From contig JAKFCY010000002.1 in the NCBI GenBank assembly GCA_036676395.1, positions 2,368,001 to 2,432,000 on the forward strand: 64,000 bases of DNA, given 5' to 3'. This DNA is from Bdellovibrio sp. Its GTDB lineage: Bacteria; Bdellovibrionota; Bdellovibrionia; Bdellovibrionales; Bdellovibrionaceae. Under the pieces are notes generated by a model. The model worked only from the letters and a program-made list of their open reading frames with translations, searched no databases and was not told where the DNA came from. The position numbers and the translations under genes are program-made. Positions 38,696 through 47,944 of this stretch are shown piece by piece; within the stretch, counting starts at the first letter, position 1; each line of letters starts with the position of its first letter.

Positions 38696-39192
38696 ACGAA
38701 ATAGACCACTTGAATATAACACTTTGAACTTCGCACCCGAAACGGGATGATCAGATGTCTGACATCCCCCTCTGGCCGGCTGAGCTTGTCTGTGTAGTGC
38801 ATTTCAGGCAAAGCCATTAAGAATTTGTATCCTGCAGGGTTTAAAATCGCTTTCATGCGTCCGTAAATGATTCCTGTCAGCGCACCAATACAATCCAAGG
38901 TATCTTCATTTAAAAACATAGGCGAGCGCCCCAGAATCTTTGCCATGATTGTTAATGCTGCGTCTTCGGTGAAGTGCAGCTGCAACATGCCGCGCTGGTT
39001 ATCGGTGTGAAGATCAATGCGACCACTGCCATTACCAATGGGAGACCAGGTGTTTGCAACAAAACTGCTGTCAAAATCACAGGGAAGGCGGCACATTTCA
39101 TACAATGTTTCTTTTACACCCGTGGTGATAGCATCTGCCACGGTGGTATCGAAAAGAAAGCTTTTGGTATCAGTAGGAGCAGCGGTCGACAT
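38692..39192 (-). CDS. CheX-family chemotaxis phosphatase-like protein
   Basis: CheC/CheX-like size and pattern: DCIGALTGIIYGRMK...F.MALP...IIPF. The catalytic ExxN is degenerate. Confidence 0.7.
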   Translation of the reverse strand: MSTAAPTDTKSFLFDTTVADAITTGVKETLYEMCRLPCDFDSSFVANTWSPIGNGSGRIDLHTDNQRGMLQLHFTEDAALTIMAKILGRSPMFLNEDTLDCIGALTGIIYGRMKAILNPAGYKFLMALPEMHYTDKLSRPEGDVRHLIIPFRVRSSKCYIQVVYFV

Positions 39193-39266
39193 TAAAAAAA
39201 CTCCTTAGTGAGTCTTAGTATAGCTAAAGATTTTTTTATTTATAACTACTTTTTAACAAAACTAGG

Positions 39267-40025
39267 TTATTTTTTATTTACTAGGTCTGGCACATTTACG
39301 ATTTGAATCTGACCTTGGTCGATAAGAAGCGCCACAGGCTCAACTAACCAGGTTCCCAAATTAATTGAGCGCACTTTTTTGCCGTTGGCTGTAAAAGTAT
39401 AATCATCAAACACATGCATATGGCCTGTGATGATCAGGTCGAAGGGCTCAGTATTAAATACCTTCATAGCATAGGCCTGAATCATGGCGCGCACTTTTTC
39501 AGAATTTTTCACAGCATAGTTGCCGCTTTTTTTACGGCTTTTTTTACTGTGGTTTTCGCCCAGTGTTTTCCAAAACCGACCAGGTAAATTATGCGCAAAC
39601 CATTCAACCCAAGGGCGCCGAACGCCTTCACGATACGCCAAATAAACCTTGTCGTCGGGGTTAATGTAATCCCCATGTTCGCAGCGCACTTTAAGGCCAT
39701 CAATTGTAAAAAAGGCCTCGTTTTCATAAACTGGAACATCTAATTGTTTTGTCCAAAAGCGATCGATATGAAAATCATGATTACCTTCGAAATAAACTAA
39801 TCTGCCGCCGCCATTTTTGAATTTGCGGATCTCGTCAATTAACTGTTTGTAATGATCTTGCAGAACCTTGCCATCAGATAGCCAGAAATCGAAAATATCA
39901 CCCAAGAAATAAACACTGTGTTGTGCCGGGTTTTCATTTAACCAAAAGAAAAAGCGCAATAGCAAATTGCCATTGCGCTCATTAATGTCAGTAATATGAA
40001 GATCAGAGATAAACCAATGCTTCAT
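39267..40025 (-). CDS. lpxH: UDP-2,3-diacylglucosamine hydrolase (metallophosphoesterase)
   Basis: SDLH, GDIFDFW, GNHD, HGD, GHMH, NLGTW. Confidence 0.8.
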   Translation of the reverse strand: MKHWFISDLHITDINERNGNLLLRFFFWLNENPAQHSVYFLGDIFDFWLSDGKVLQDHYKQLIDEIRKFKNGGGRLVYFEGNHDFHIDRFWTKQLDVPVYENEAFFTIDGLKVRCEHGDYINPDDKVYLAYREGVRRPWVEWFAHNLPGRFWKTLGENHSKKSRKKSGNYAVKNSEKVRAMIQAYAMKVFNTEPFDLIITGHMHVFDDYTFTANGKKVRSINLGTWLVEPVALLIDQGQIQIVNVPDLVNKK

Positions 40026-40041
40026 CAGTTACTTTTTTGAT

Positions 40042-41676
40042 CTATGTGTTTAGATCAAATCCTTGTTTTTTACGGATGAAAGCTGGAACTTCCAAAATGT
40101 CGCGCGCCATTTTACGGGCGTCTTCAACTTGGCGATCCTGGCGATCTTCAGTCATCATAGTTAATTGTTCAGGAGCTACATTTTTTTCTTCAGCTACAGC
40201 GGGTTGTGTTTCGCGAAAAGCGCGGGCTTTTGCTAATAACATATCGCGAGCAGAAGCTGCCGAAGTTGCCGTCGGAGAAATTGCCGAAGATAAATCTTGG
40301 CCGAATGTTTCGTTAGTTTCTGCGTGCGCGTGAACTTCAGGTTGCGCCATAGGATGCGAGGCCGCCGAGGCTTCAGGTTGAGTAAATGAATTCACAACTT
40401 CTTGCACCTGAGAAATCGGCGGTAAAACCGGAGACTGCTGCGGAGCTGGAGTTTGCGGCGGCATCATCATAGATTGTTGCGGCTGAGCATACTGTTGTTG
40501 TTGCATCATTTGCGCGTACATAGCTGCTTGCTGCTGAGCTTGCTGCATTTGTTGAGTCGCATGATTTGTAGCTTGTGGCATCGGTTGAGAAAATTGCGGC
40601 ATAGGTTGCGCAAATTGAGCCGGCTGCATTGGTTGTTGTGGAAGATCAAACATGATTGATGGACCAGCATTTAAGAAAGTTTGCATGCTGTTCATTTGCG
40701 GAAGCACTTGTGTTTTATCTTCGTGAGCAAAACCAGTAGCGATAACAGTTACACGAACTTCATCGATTAAGTTTGGATCAATAACTGCACCAAAAATTAC
40801 TTCTGCATCTTCGCTAGCGGCCTCAGTGATTAACATAGAAGCTTCATTCACTTCATATAATGATAGATCAGATCCACCAGTTACGTTGATGATGATGCCA
40901 GTTGCGCCGTCAATTCTTACGTTTTCTAATAACGGAGAAGAAATCGCTTGAGTTGCTGCTTCGATCGCACGGTTTTCACCCTTTGCAGAACCAGTTCCCA
41001 TTAAAGCTAAACCTTTGTTAGCCATAACAGTTCTGATATCAGCGAAATCTAAGTTAATAAGACCGCGAATGTTGATTAGATCAGAAATACCTTTAACTGC
41101 TTGAAGTAAAACTTCATCAGCTCTTTTAAAAGTATCTACTAGCGGAGTTTTATCTCCGGCAATTGATAATAATTTTTGATTTGGAATAACGATCAACGCA
41201 TCAACATTATCTTTTAATTCAGATAAGCCGCCTTCAGCGTGTTTTGTACGTTTTTTACCTTCGAAGACGAAAGGCTTAGTGACTACACCAATCGTAAGAG
41301 CACCAAGTTCGCGCGCGATTTTCGCAACAACAGGAGCCCCTCCGGTACCTGTTCCCCCGCCCATTCCGGCAGTAACGAAAACCATGTCTGATCCTTTAAG
41401 TTGCTCTACGATATGGTTATAAGATTCAATCGCTGATCTGCGGCCGACATCTGGATTTGCACCAGCGCCTAAACCTTTTGTAAGATCTGCACCAAGTTGG
41501 ATTTTGTATCCGGCTTTACTAGAGTTCAAAGCCTGAATATCTGTATTTGCAACTACGAATTCAACTCCGGCCATTCCGCCTTCGATCATTGTAGTTACTG
41601 CATTCGATCCGCCGCCGCCGACGCCGACAACTTTAATATTAGCACCGATATTTACGTTTTCTTCTAATTCAAACAT
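40042..41676 (-). CDS. ftsZ: Cell division protein FtsZ with long Q/P-rich linker
   Basis: [22 protein letters not shown]-terminal [10 protein letters not shown]. Confidence 0.98.
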   Translation of the reverse strand: MFELEENVNIGANIKVVGVGGGGSNAVTTMIEGGMAGVEFVVANTDIQALNSSKAGYKIQLGADLTKGLGAGANPDVGRRSAIESYNHIVEQLKGSDMVFVTAGMGGGTGTGGAPVVAKIARELGALTIGVVTKPFVFEGKKRTKHAEGGLSELKDNVDALIVIPNQKLLSIAGDKTPLVDTFKRADEVLLQAVKGISDLINIRGLINLDFADIRTVMANKGLALMGTGSAKGENRAIEAATQAISSPLLENVRIDGATGIIINVTGGSDLSLYEVNEASMLITEAASEDAEVIFGAVIDPNLIDEVRVTVIATGFAHEDKTQVLPQMNSMQTFLNAGPSIMFDLPQQPMQPAQFAQPMPQFSQPMPQATNHATQQMQQAQQQAAMYAQMMQQQQYAQPQQSMMMPPQTPAPQQSPVLPPISQVQEVVNSFTQPEASAASHPMAQPEVHAHAETNETFGQDLSSAISPTATSAASARDMLLAKARAFRETQPAVAEEKNVAPEQLTMMTEDRQDRQVEDARKMARDILEVPAFIRKKQGFDLNT

Positions 41677-41718
41677 GTGGGTTCCTCCCGAGATTAAAAA
41701 TTCCCTTTAAAAAACTTA

Positions 41719-43005
41719 TTAAAATAATTCTGTAAAAAACTTTTTCATTTTTGATGTCACATCAGAAATTGAATCTGACATCGCTTCGCCAAATAATGAC
41801 GTTGTCGAAAGATCTTGCGGCGTTTGCGCGTAGTATTCTTTCTTAGTTTCTAAGGCGTAAAACAATAAACCGATAGCGGTTGCAAACTCGCCACCTTTAA
41901 CAACATCTTTTAATCCACCAACTAAAGCTGGGTAACCGCGGCGAAGCGGAAGATCAAAAATAAATTCTCCCATTTCAACCATGCCATCTAATTGGCTTGA
42001 TCCGCCTGTAATCACTAATCCAGAACCTAATAACGGCTGAAGCCCGCTCATTTTAATATCGTGAGCGATCATATTTAAAACTTCTTCAGCGCGTGCTTCT
42101 AAAATATGAGATAATTCTTTACGCGGAACCGTGCGCGACTTGCGCCCGCCAACACCGTCAACTTCGATTGATTCATGATCATCAACTAAAGTAGCGAGTG
42201 CACAACCGTGTTTTTTCTTTAAAACTTCAGCAGAAACTTGCGGCGTGCGAAGACCTACAGCCACATCATGAGTAAAGTGCATGCCACCAACCGGTAACAT
42301 TGATGTGTGAGCCACAGATCCGTTCATTAAATAAACCATTTTACAAGTGCCGCCGCCGATATCAGCTACGCAAACACCTAGATTTTTTTCATCAGCGCTA
42401 ATCACAGATTTTGTAACAGCAACTTGATCCATCACAAGACCCGCTACGCGAAGACCTGCTTTTTCGATACATTTTGTTAAATTGGAAATTGCCGATTGCG
42501 AAGCAGTTACAATGTGAACATTAGCTTCTAAACGCACACCCATCATGCCGATTGGGTCAGAGATTCCGTCTTGTTGGTCGATTTTGAATTCACGTGGCAA
42601 CACGTGCATAACCATGCGATCTGCCGGAATCATAATTGCTTTTGCCGCTTCTATTACGCGGTCGATATCTTGCTGGTTAACTTCTTTATTTTTTACAGCA
42701 ACCATGCCTTTTGAATCAAAAGATTGGATATGAGAACCAGAAACAGAAACCCATACGTCAGAAACTTTAGTTCCAGACATTAATTCAGCTTCTTCTTTCG
42801 CTCTGCGAATACATTCAGTCGTTGCTTCGATATTAACTACAACGCCTTGCTTGATTCCAGAATTAGGAACAAAGCCAACGCCTGTAACTTCGATATTAGT
42901 TTCGTTTTTTTCATTCAGAGTCACGTGAGACATCACTAGCTTTACAGCTGAAGATCCAATGTCTAGAGACGCTAGAACTGGTCCAGAATATTTTGAAGCA
43001 CTCAT
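41719..43005 (-). CDS. ftsA: Cell division protein FtsA
   Basis: LDIGSS, DIGGGT, ITGG, FATAIGL; GAGG RBS before ATG 43005. Confidence 0.97.
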   Translation of the reverse strand: MSASKYSGPVLASLDIGSSAVKLVMSHVTLNEKNETNIEVTGVGFVPNSGIKQGVVVNIEATTECIRRAKEEAELMSGTKVSDVWVSVSGSHIQSFDSKGMVAVKNKEVNQQDIDRVIEAAKAIMIPADRMVMHVLPREFKIDQQDGISDPIGMMGVRLEANVHIVTASQSAISNLTKCIEKAGLRVAGLVMDQVAVTKSVISADEKNLGVCVADIGGGTCKMVYLMNGSVAHTSMLPVGGMHFTHDVAVGLRTPQVSAEVLKKKHGCALATLVDDHESIEVDGVGGRKSRTVPRKELSHILEARAEEVLNMIAHDIKMSGLQPLLGSGLVITGGSSQLDGMVEMGEFIFDLPLRRGYPALVGGLKDVVKGGEFATAIGLLFYALETKKEYYAQTPQDLSTTSLFGEAMSDSISDVTSKMKKFFTELF

Positions 43006-43087
43006 CCGTAAGCCTCGTTTATTAGTTGTACATTCAATAAGCAAATCATGGACTATTGTCTTCCAGACGATAGTCCTTTATTTAAGC

Positions 43088-43855
43088 TTAAGGAGTCTGC
43101 TGCAACCTGACAAGAACTTTTTTAGAAAGATTTGCGTCTATGACGCGTGCTTTAAGGTCACGTTTTTCGAGATAATCCAGCACCTGAGAAACGCGTGCGG
43201 ATTTTACAGCGAATTGATCATCGCCTAATTTTATTTTTATGTTCGATTTTGTAACTTCAACCCAGTAACCTTCTTTAGTATCATAGCCGATTTCTGAAAT
43301 GATTTTATGCGAGAGCTTTCCATCTTCAGGAAGAGATTTTAAAAGTTCGACCGCGATTTTTCTTTTAGCGTGATCTTTGACAAAAACCTCACCCTTTAAC
43401 ATCGCCAGGGGTGGAGCCTGAGTCGTATCTACCTCGGGTAGTAATGCCCCGTCACTAGTCACCGGGCGAACAAAACCTTCTGCTAATCTTTTCTGGTCCA
43501 CATAAAGTAAACTTAATGTTTTAGATTCGATTTCGACGACTAAACTTTGCGGCCATGATCTTGAAATACGAAAATCTTTAATCCAACTTTTAGCTTTTAA
43601 TTTATCAGAGATTCCAGATAGCGACAGTCGCCATAACGACTGCCCTTTGTAAACAGATAACTCATGATTGAGTTTATCCATATAAGGCTTAGAAAAATTC
43701 AGTTGTTCTGATTGGGTGATCACTTTCAATTCAATCTCATCGATCGAAAAAAAACCGCGCTGATCCAAGGTGTAGACCGACGCAAAAATAGCCGCCGGCA
43801 CCAGCACAAAAATAAAGAACAAGCGAAAATAAAGTCTAAGCCTTAGCCAATTCAC
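43088..43855 (-). CDS. ftsQ: Cell division protein FtsQ/DivIB
   Basis: N-terminal TM, POTRA-like WI...ISRSWPQSLVVEIE, terminal ID motif, upstream of ftsA. Confidence 0.88.
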   Translation of the reverse strand: MNWLRLRLYFRLFFIFVLVPAAIFASVYTLDQRGFFSIDEIELKVITQSEQLNFSKPYMDKLNHELSVYKGQSLWRLSLSGISDKLKAKSWIKDFRISRSWPQSLVVEIESKTLSLLYVDQKRLAEGFVRPVTSDGALLPEVDTTQAPPLAMLKGEVFVKDHAKRKIAVELLKSLPEDGKLSHKIISEIGYDTKEGYWVEVTKSNIKIKLGDDQFAVKSARVSQVLDYLEKRDLKARVIDANLSKKVLVRLQQTP

Positions 43856-43857
43856 AA

Positions 43858-45837
43858 TTAGTTTTTACCTACGGCATCAACTTGTAAGCCCATCTCTTCG
43901 TAACCACATTGTTCGTTAACTTGGCCAGAAGTGTTTAATTTGTGAAGATAAAGGATAACATCTGTTTCACCTTCTAATGTTGTGCCTAAACGGTCAAATG
44001 CATGTTCAGAATCAGCTAAGTGATTCGTACCGAAACTTGTTTCATCAAACCAGTGGTAGTTGAAATTAACCGGCACTTTGTTTTGCACAGATTGCGTGTT
44101 GTACCATTGGTCTTTTTTCAACTTGAATACGAACATCCAGTGTTTACAACCATCGGCCGGAGACTGAACTGTAACACCCGGGGCGGTAAAACCATCAGAT
44201 GCTGACATTTCATAAGATGATGCCACAAATGGAGAGTAAGCTTGATCACGTAATTTATCAGATCCATCATCATAGCCAGAAGCATACCAGTCAGTATGAC
44301 GGTTAACCGCATCGCGGATACGCTCGTAAGCAAAACCTTTATCAACGTTTTTAGAACCTAAACCCGTTAATGAGTTAAAGCCTAAGTCAGGGCGTTTCCA
44401 GAAAACATCTTTTTGCGCTTCCCAAGATTTAACAAATTCAGTGTAAACAGATTTTGAAGCATCTATTTTTACTTGGTGCTCTGCTTTTAATTTTTCTTGG
44501 TTTGCATTGTGTTCAGCCACTTGCTCTGGAGTCATAACGATTTCATCACCAGTTTTATCATCCCATTTGATGAATTGGCCTTGATCGTTTTGATATAAGT
44601 CTTCGCCGTAAAATTCTTCTCTCACTGGCATTTTGAATCCGAAAGGACCAGCTTGTGGAGTTAAAGATGGAACGATGTAAACAGATTCACCTTCTGAAGA
44701 GAAAGTTTGATCATGTTTTTGATCGCGTAGCATCCAAGTAGCTAAACCTGCACGTGCTGCTGACCAACGGTAAGAGAACGGGTTAGTTGCATACTTGCGG
44801 CACATATCTGGATCAGCCACTTTACCAACTGCTGCTGTTTTAAGAACGTATTGACCGTCTTTATTTCTTGTACAGTTGTTTGTGATTGTCGAAGAGTACC
44901 AAATCATACCATTTGATTCAGGAGAATTTGGTTTAAAATTAGAATCTCCGCGAAAGTCATAGATATAATCTAAGTCTTCACGGTTACAACGAGCTTTAAA
45001 TTTGTTGTATTCTTTTTTATACGCAGCAAGCGCGCTATTTTTAGCCTGGGCTACTGCACGTTTATTATTTACCTTCGGCTTAGAACCAACGGCTCCTTCA
45101 TAATCTTCTTCATCATAGTCTTCTTCGTGAGCATTATAGTCTGGAGAACTACTAGCACCAAACATAGATTTTGTTTCAACATATTTTTTGAAGATAAACT
45201 TAGTTTCACAAACTGTGAAAGGCTCAATCGGAGTATCTTCATTGTATTTACCTAATTTAACATCGTATTTACGGGCTTCTCTTTCTTTAGCTCTGAAAAT
45301 AGCTGCCGAATTTTCGATGTAACCACGGTACGAGTGCGCAGAAACCTGCGACCATAATTCATGTCTGATATTGATGGTTGCTTGTGGCGTCGTAGGCAAA
45401 GTGTACATTCTGTTTACCCAACGGATTTTTTCTTTAATTAATGTCGGGCGGTCACGAAATTCACCGCAAAGTAAAGTTAAGAAAGCATTCGCATTTTTGC
45501 GGCCGTTTTTAACTTCTTTAATATCTGCCGGAAAGTTAGCCGGAACATCTACTAATTCTTTACCATTTTTTAAGTTGTATGTGTAAAGAGGTCCTGAGTA
45601 GAAGTAAAAACTGTATGGAGAAACCATAGCTAATTTTTTTACCGCGTTGACGACGTCTCTGTTCTTGTAGTTTGGAGTTGGAATATCTGCAGAATTTCTG
45701 TTTCCACCGCAATAATCTGCCCAGATTTGTTCTGAGTTTGAACCTGCCGGAACCGGCGGCATAACATCTTTGAAGTCTGCCGCAGACACCGTCATTGAAC
45801 TAGCTAATAAACTTGCAATTAATAATAATTTTTTCAT
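43858..45837 (-). CDS. Secreted 659-aa hypothetical protein with ADP-ribosyltransferase-like motifs
   Basis: Signal peptide; motifs YDFRGDS, RH...SPFVASS and DSE/EGE. The gene is clear; the function is inferred. Confidence 0.75.
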   Translation of the reverse strand: MKKLLLIASLLASSMTVSAADFKDVMPPVPAGSNSEQIWADYCGGNRNSADIPTPNYKNRDVVNAVKKLAMVSPYSFYFYSGPLYTYNLKNGKELVDVPANFPADIKEVKNGRKNANAFLTLLCGEFRDRPTLIKEKIRWVNRMYTLPTTPQATINIRHELWSQVSAHSYRGYIENSAAIFRAKEREARKYDVKLGKYNEDTPIEPFTVCETKFIFKKYVETKSMFGASSSPDYNAHEEDYDEEDYEGAVGSKPKVNNKRAVAQAKNSALAAYKKEYNKFKARCNREDLDYIYDFRGDSNFKPNSPESNGMIWYSSTITNNCTRNKDGQYVLKTAAVGKVADPDMCRKYATNPFSYRWSAARAGLATWMLRDQKHDQTFSSEGESVYIVPSLTPQAGPFGFKMPVREEFYGEDLYQNDQGQFIKWDDKTGDEIVMTPEQVAEHNANQEKLKAEHQVKIDASKSVYTEFVKSWEAQKDVFWKRPDLGFNSLTGLGSKNVDKGFAYERIRDAVNRHTDWYASGYDDGSDKLRDQAYSPFVASSYEMSASDGFTAPGVTVQSPADGCKHWMFVFKLKKDQWYNTQSVQNKVPVNFNYHWFDETSFGTNHLADSEHAFDRLGTTLEGETDVILYLHKLNTSGQVNEQCGYEEMGLQVDAVGKN

Positions 45838-45848
45838 CTGGCTGTTCC

Positions 45849-46325
45849 CTATTTAACTTTCTTACCGAAATTGATTTTTCCAGAAAACTGCGGAGCCGTG
45901 CCGTAAACATTTTTATTTGCTAAGCATGGATCATAAGCTGCTTGGTACTTCATACATAGATAAGGTTTAGCAGCTTGATTTTTCTGAACTTTAACTGCTG
46001 TCTTACGCCAACGAGTGATCCATCCTTTTTGACCGGGACGAACTTGGCTCATTGGTATGCCAACTACTAATTTTTCGCTCTTTAAATCAACAACTTGGTC
46101 TTTGTTACAATCAACTTGTAGTGAAAAAAGACGATCATCGATTTTTTCAGATACGTTCACGTCAACCGCATTTCTTGCAGTTTCAGTTGAACCTAACAAA
46201 CCACAGCTCATCACTTCAGTTGTACTTGAAGGCGATCGGTCAAATGCAGGGTTCATATCCGCAACTGGACTATGACCACATGATGCAAGCATTAATAATG
46301 CTGCAATAACTGAAATCTTTTTCAT
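45849..46325 (-). CDS. Hypothetical lipoprotein
   Basis: Lipobox LASC; RSPSS motif; 4 further Cys; 1-nt overlap with the upstream PLD gene. Confidence 0.75.
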   Translation of the reverse strand: MKKISVIAALLMLASCGHSPVADMNPAFDRSPSSTTEVMSCGLLGSTETARNAVDVNVSEKIDDRLFSLQVDCNKDQVVDLKSEKLVVGIPMSQVRPGQKGWITRWRKTAVKVQKNQAAKPYLCMKYQAAYDPCLANKNVYGTAPQFSGKINFGKKVK

Positions 46326-47806
46326 TACTTGTTCTCCGTTTTATTAATAATAGGTTGATCAATTAAAAATTCAGAAACTACACCTTGCTTCGGCAGATCA
46401 GGAATCGCTGTTGCCAGTTTTTCCCAAGTGTATACATAGTGAGAAGCGAAATCACGCACCACTTGCGGGATAGTGATGTAATAAGAGTTTTCCCAGTTTT
46501 TGTTAAAGCCAGCGCCGGTTAAGTTAGCTGAACCTGTGAAAACAGCATTAAAATCATCAGCTGCATTTGCTGAAGAATTTTTATCAGCAAAAATTAAATA
46601 TTTACTGTGATGCAATTGATGCTCTTCACCGTTAGTTTCCATAAATTTAAGTTTCGCACCCTTAGCTTCAAGTTTTTGCATATTATAAAACTCTTGCGGC
46701 ATTGTATCGCCGATCGGGTAATTCTCATCAACCGCTTTATAATAAGTGTCATCGTCACAAACGATTCTCATGTCTGGACGATATTTTGGGTTTGAAGCAT
46801 TCATTCTTTTTGTAAGGCCGTTGATCATTTTCGAATAGAAAAATCTGTGACAAGCTAACCAGATTCTTTTTGCGTTGTTGATGCCAGGAGTTCCCGCCTG
46901 CACATCACCATTAAGTAAGAAATCTACAGCTGTTTTTTTCTTAGAACCAAATTCAGGTTCACCTTCACCAGGAATAAAAAATACTTTGATGTCTTTTTCT
47001 TCAGGAGCTTTGATATCGGCGCGGCAATTTTTAATGGCCTTGATGTACTCAGCACGTGAACGACCTGAAGTCTCGTCCCATTCAGCGTTCATGGCGCAGA
47101 GATGCGCCTGTGCGAATTGTGAGTTAGCATTTGTCGTAATGAAGTTCCAGTTTTCATGATGAATCACCGGGCCAGAAGTCATGTTTCCAGAAGAGAATAC
47201 AACTTTGAATTCATTTTTTGAATTTGGATTAATAATAAAGAATTTATTATGTGCGTATCCTAAGTCACCTTCCATACCACGTAGTTTCATTTCTACGTTT
47301 TGCGGGGCACACGCCACCAATTCTTGCGCGATTGTTGTGTCTTCAGTGCTGCTCATAACAAAACGAATTTTTACGCCTTTTTTAGCAGCTTCACATAAGG
47401 CTCTTGTTACAGTTTTATTTCTGTAAGAAAGATATGTGAAAAAAATCTCTTTAACGTTGGGTTGGTTAATCCATTCAACTAAACGGTATTGCGGAGACTG
47501 CGGACGATCACCTGAACGGCGTAAGTCATATTTATTTTTGCAATAAACGTTCTCTGGCTTTTGTTTTAATTTTTTACCACTGTTGCTTAAGACTTCTTGT
47601 GTGTAGGTGTAGACGCCACACTCTGGGTCTGTGAATAACACTTCGTATTTATAGGGCTTGTAATCTTGCAAACGGTCGAAATACTTAACCTCTTGATTTT
47701 GCTCTTCTTCTACTTGCGCCACTTGGCGATTGAACGGTGAAAAAGTTTGGCACGAAAATACAAATGCCAAACAGCTTCCTAAAGCCGCTTTCTTCCATGA
47801 AAACAT
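46325..47806 (-). CDS. Phospholipase D-superfamily lipoprotein (two HxK domains)
   Basis: Lipobox VFSC; HNKFFIIN...SSGNMT...ENW and HSKYLIFAD...TGSANLT...NWEN; AAGGAG RBS before ATG 47806. Confidence 0.85.
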   Translation of the reverse strand: MFSWKKAALGSCLAFVFSCQTFSPFNRQVAQVEEEQNQEVKYFDRLQDYKPYKYEVLFTDPECGVYTYTQEVLSNSGKKLKQKPENVYCKNKYDLRRSGDRPQSPQYRLVEWINQPNVKEIFFTYLSYRNKTVTRALCEAAKKGVKIRFVMSSTEDTTIAQELVACAPQNVEMKLRGMEGDLGYAHNKFFIINPNSKNEFKVVFSSGNMTSGPVIHHENWNFITTNANSQFAQAHLCAMNAEWDETSGRSRAEYIKAIKNCRADIKAPEEKDIKVFFIPGEGEPEFGSKKKTAVDFLLNGDVQAGTPGINNAKRIWLACHRFFYSKMINGLTKRMNASNPKYRPDMRIVCDDDTYYKAVDENYPIGDTMPQEFYNMQKLEAKGAKLKFMETNGEEHQLHHSKYLIFADKNSSANAADDFNAVFTGSANLTGAGFNKNWENSYYITIPQVVRDFASHYVYTWEKLATAIPDLPKQGVVSEFLIDQPIINKTENK

Positions 47807-47871
47807 AGCAGTCTCCTTCGCTGTTAATACAGACACTTTCAGATTAAAGGAGAATATGTTTTTTTAAAATC

Positions 47872-47903
47872 AAAATAAAAAGGAGCTCCTGTGTCTGAGC
47901 TCC
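47872..47903 (-). terminator. Rho-independent terminator between the two PLD genes
   Basis: Minus strand GGAGCTC-AGACACAG-GAGCTCC followed by TTTTTATTTT. Confidence 0.65.
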
Positions 47904-47944
47904 CATGTTAGGACGTTGGTCTGTACAATAGACTATGGTCTAGC

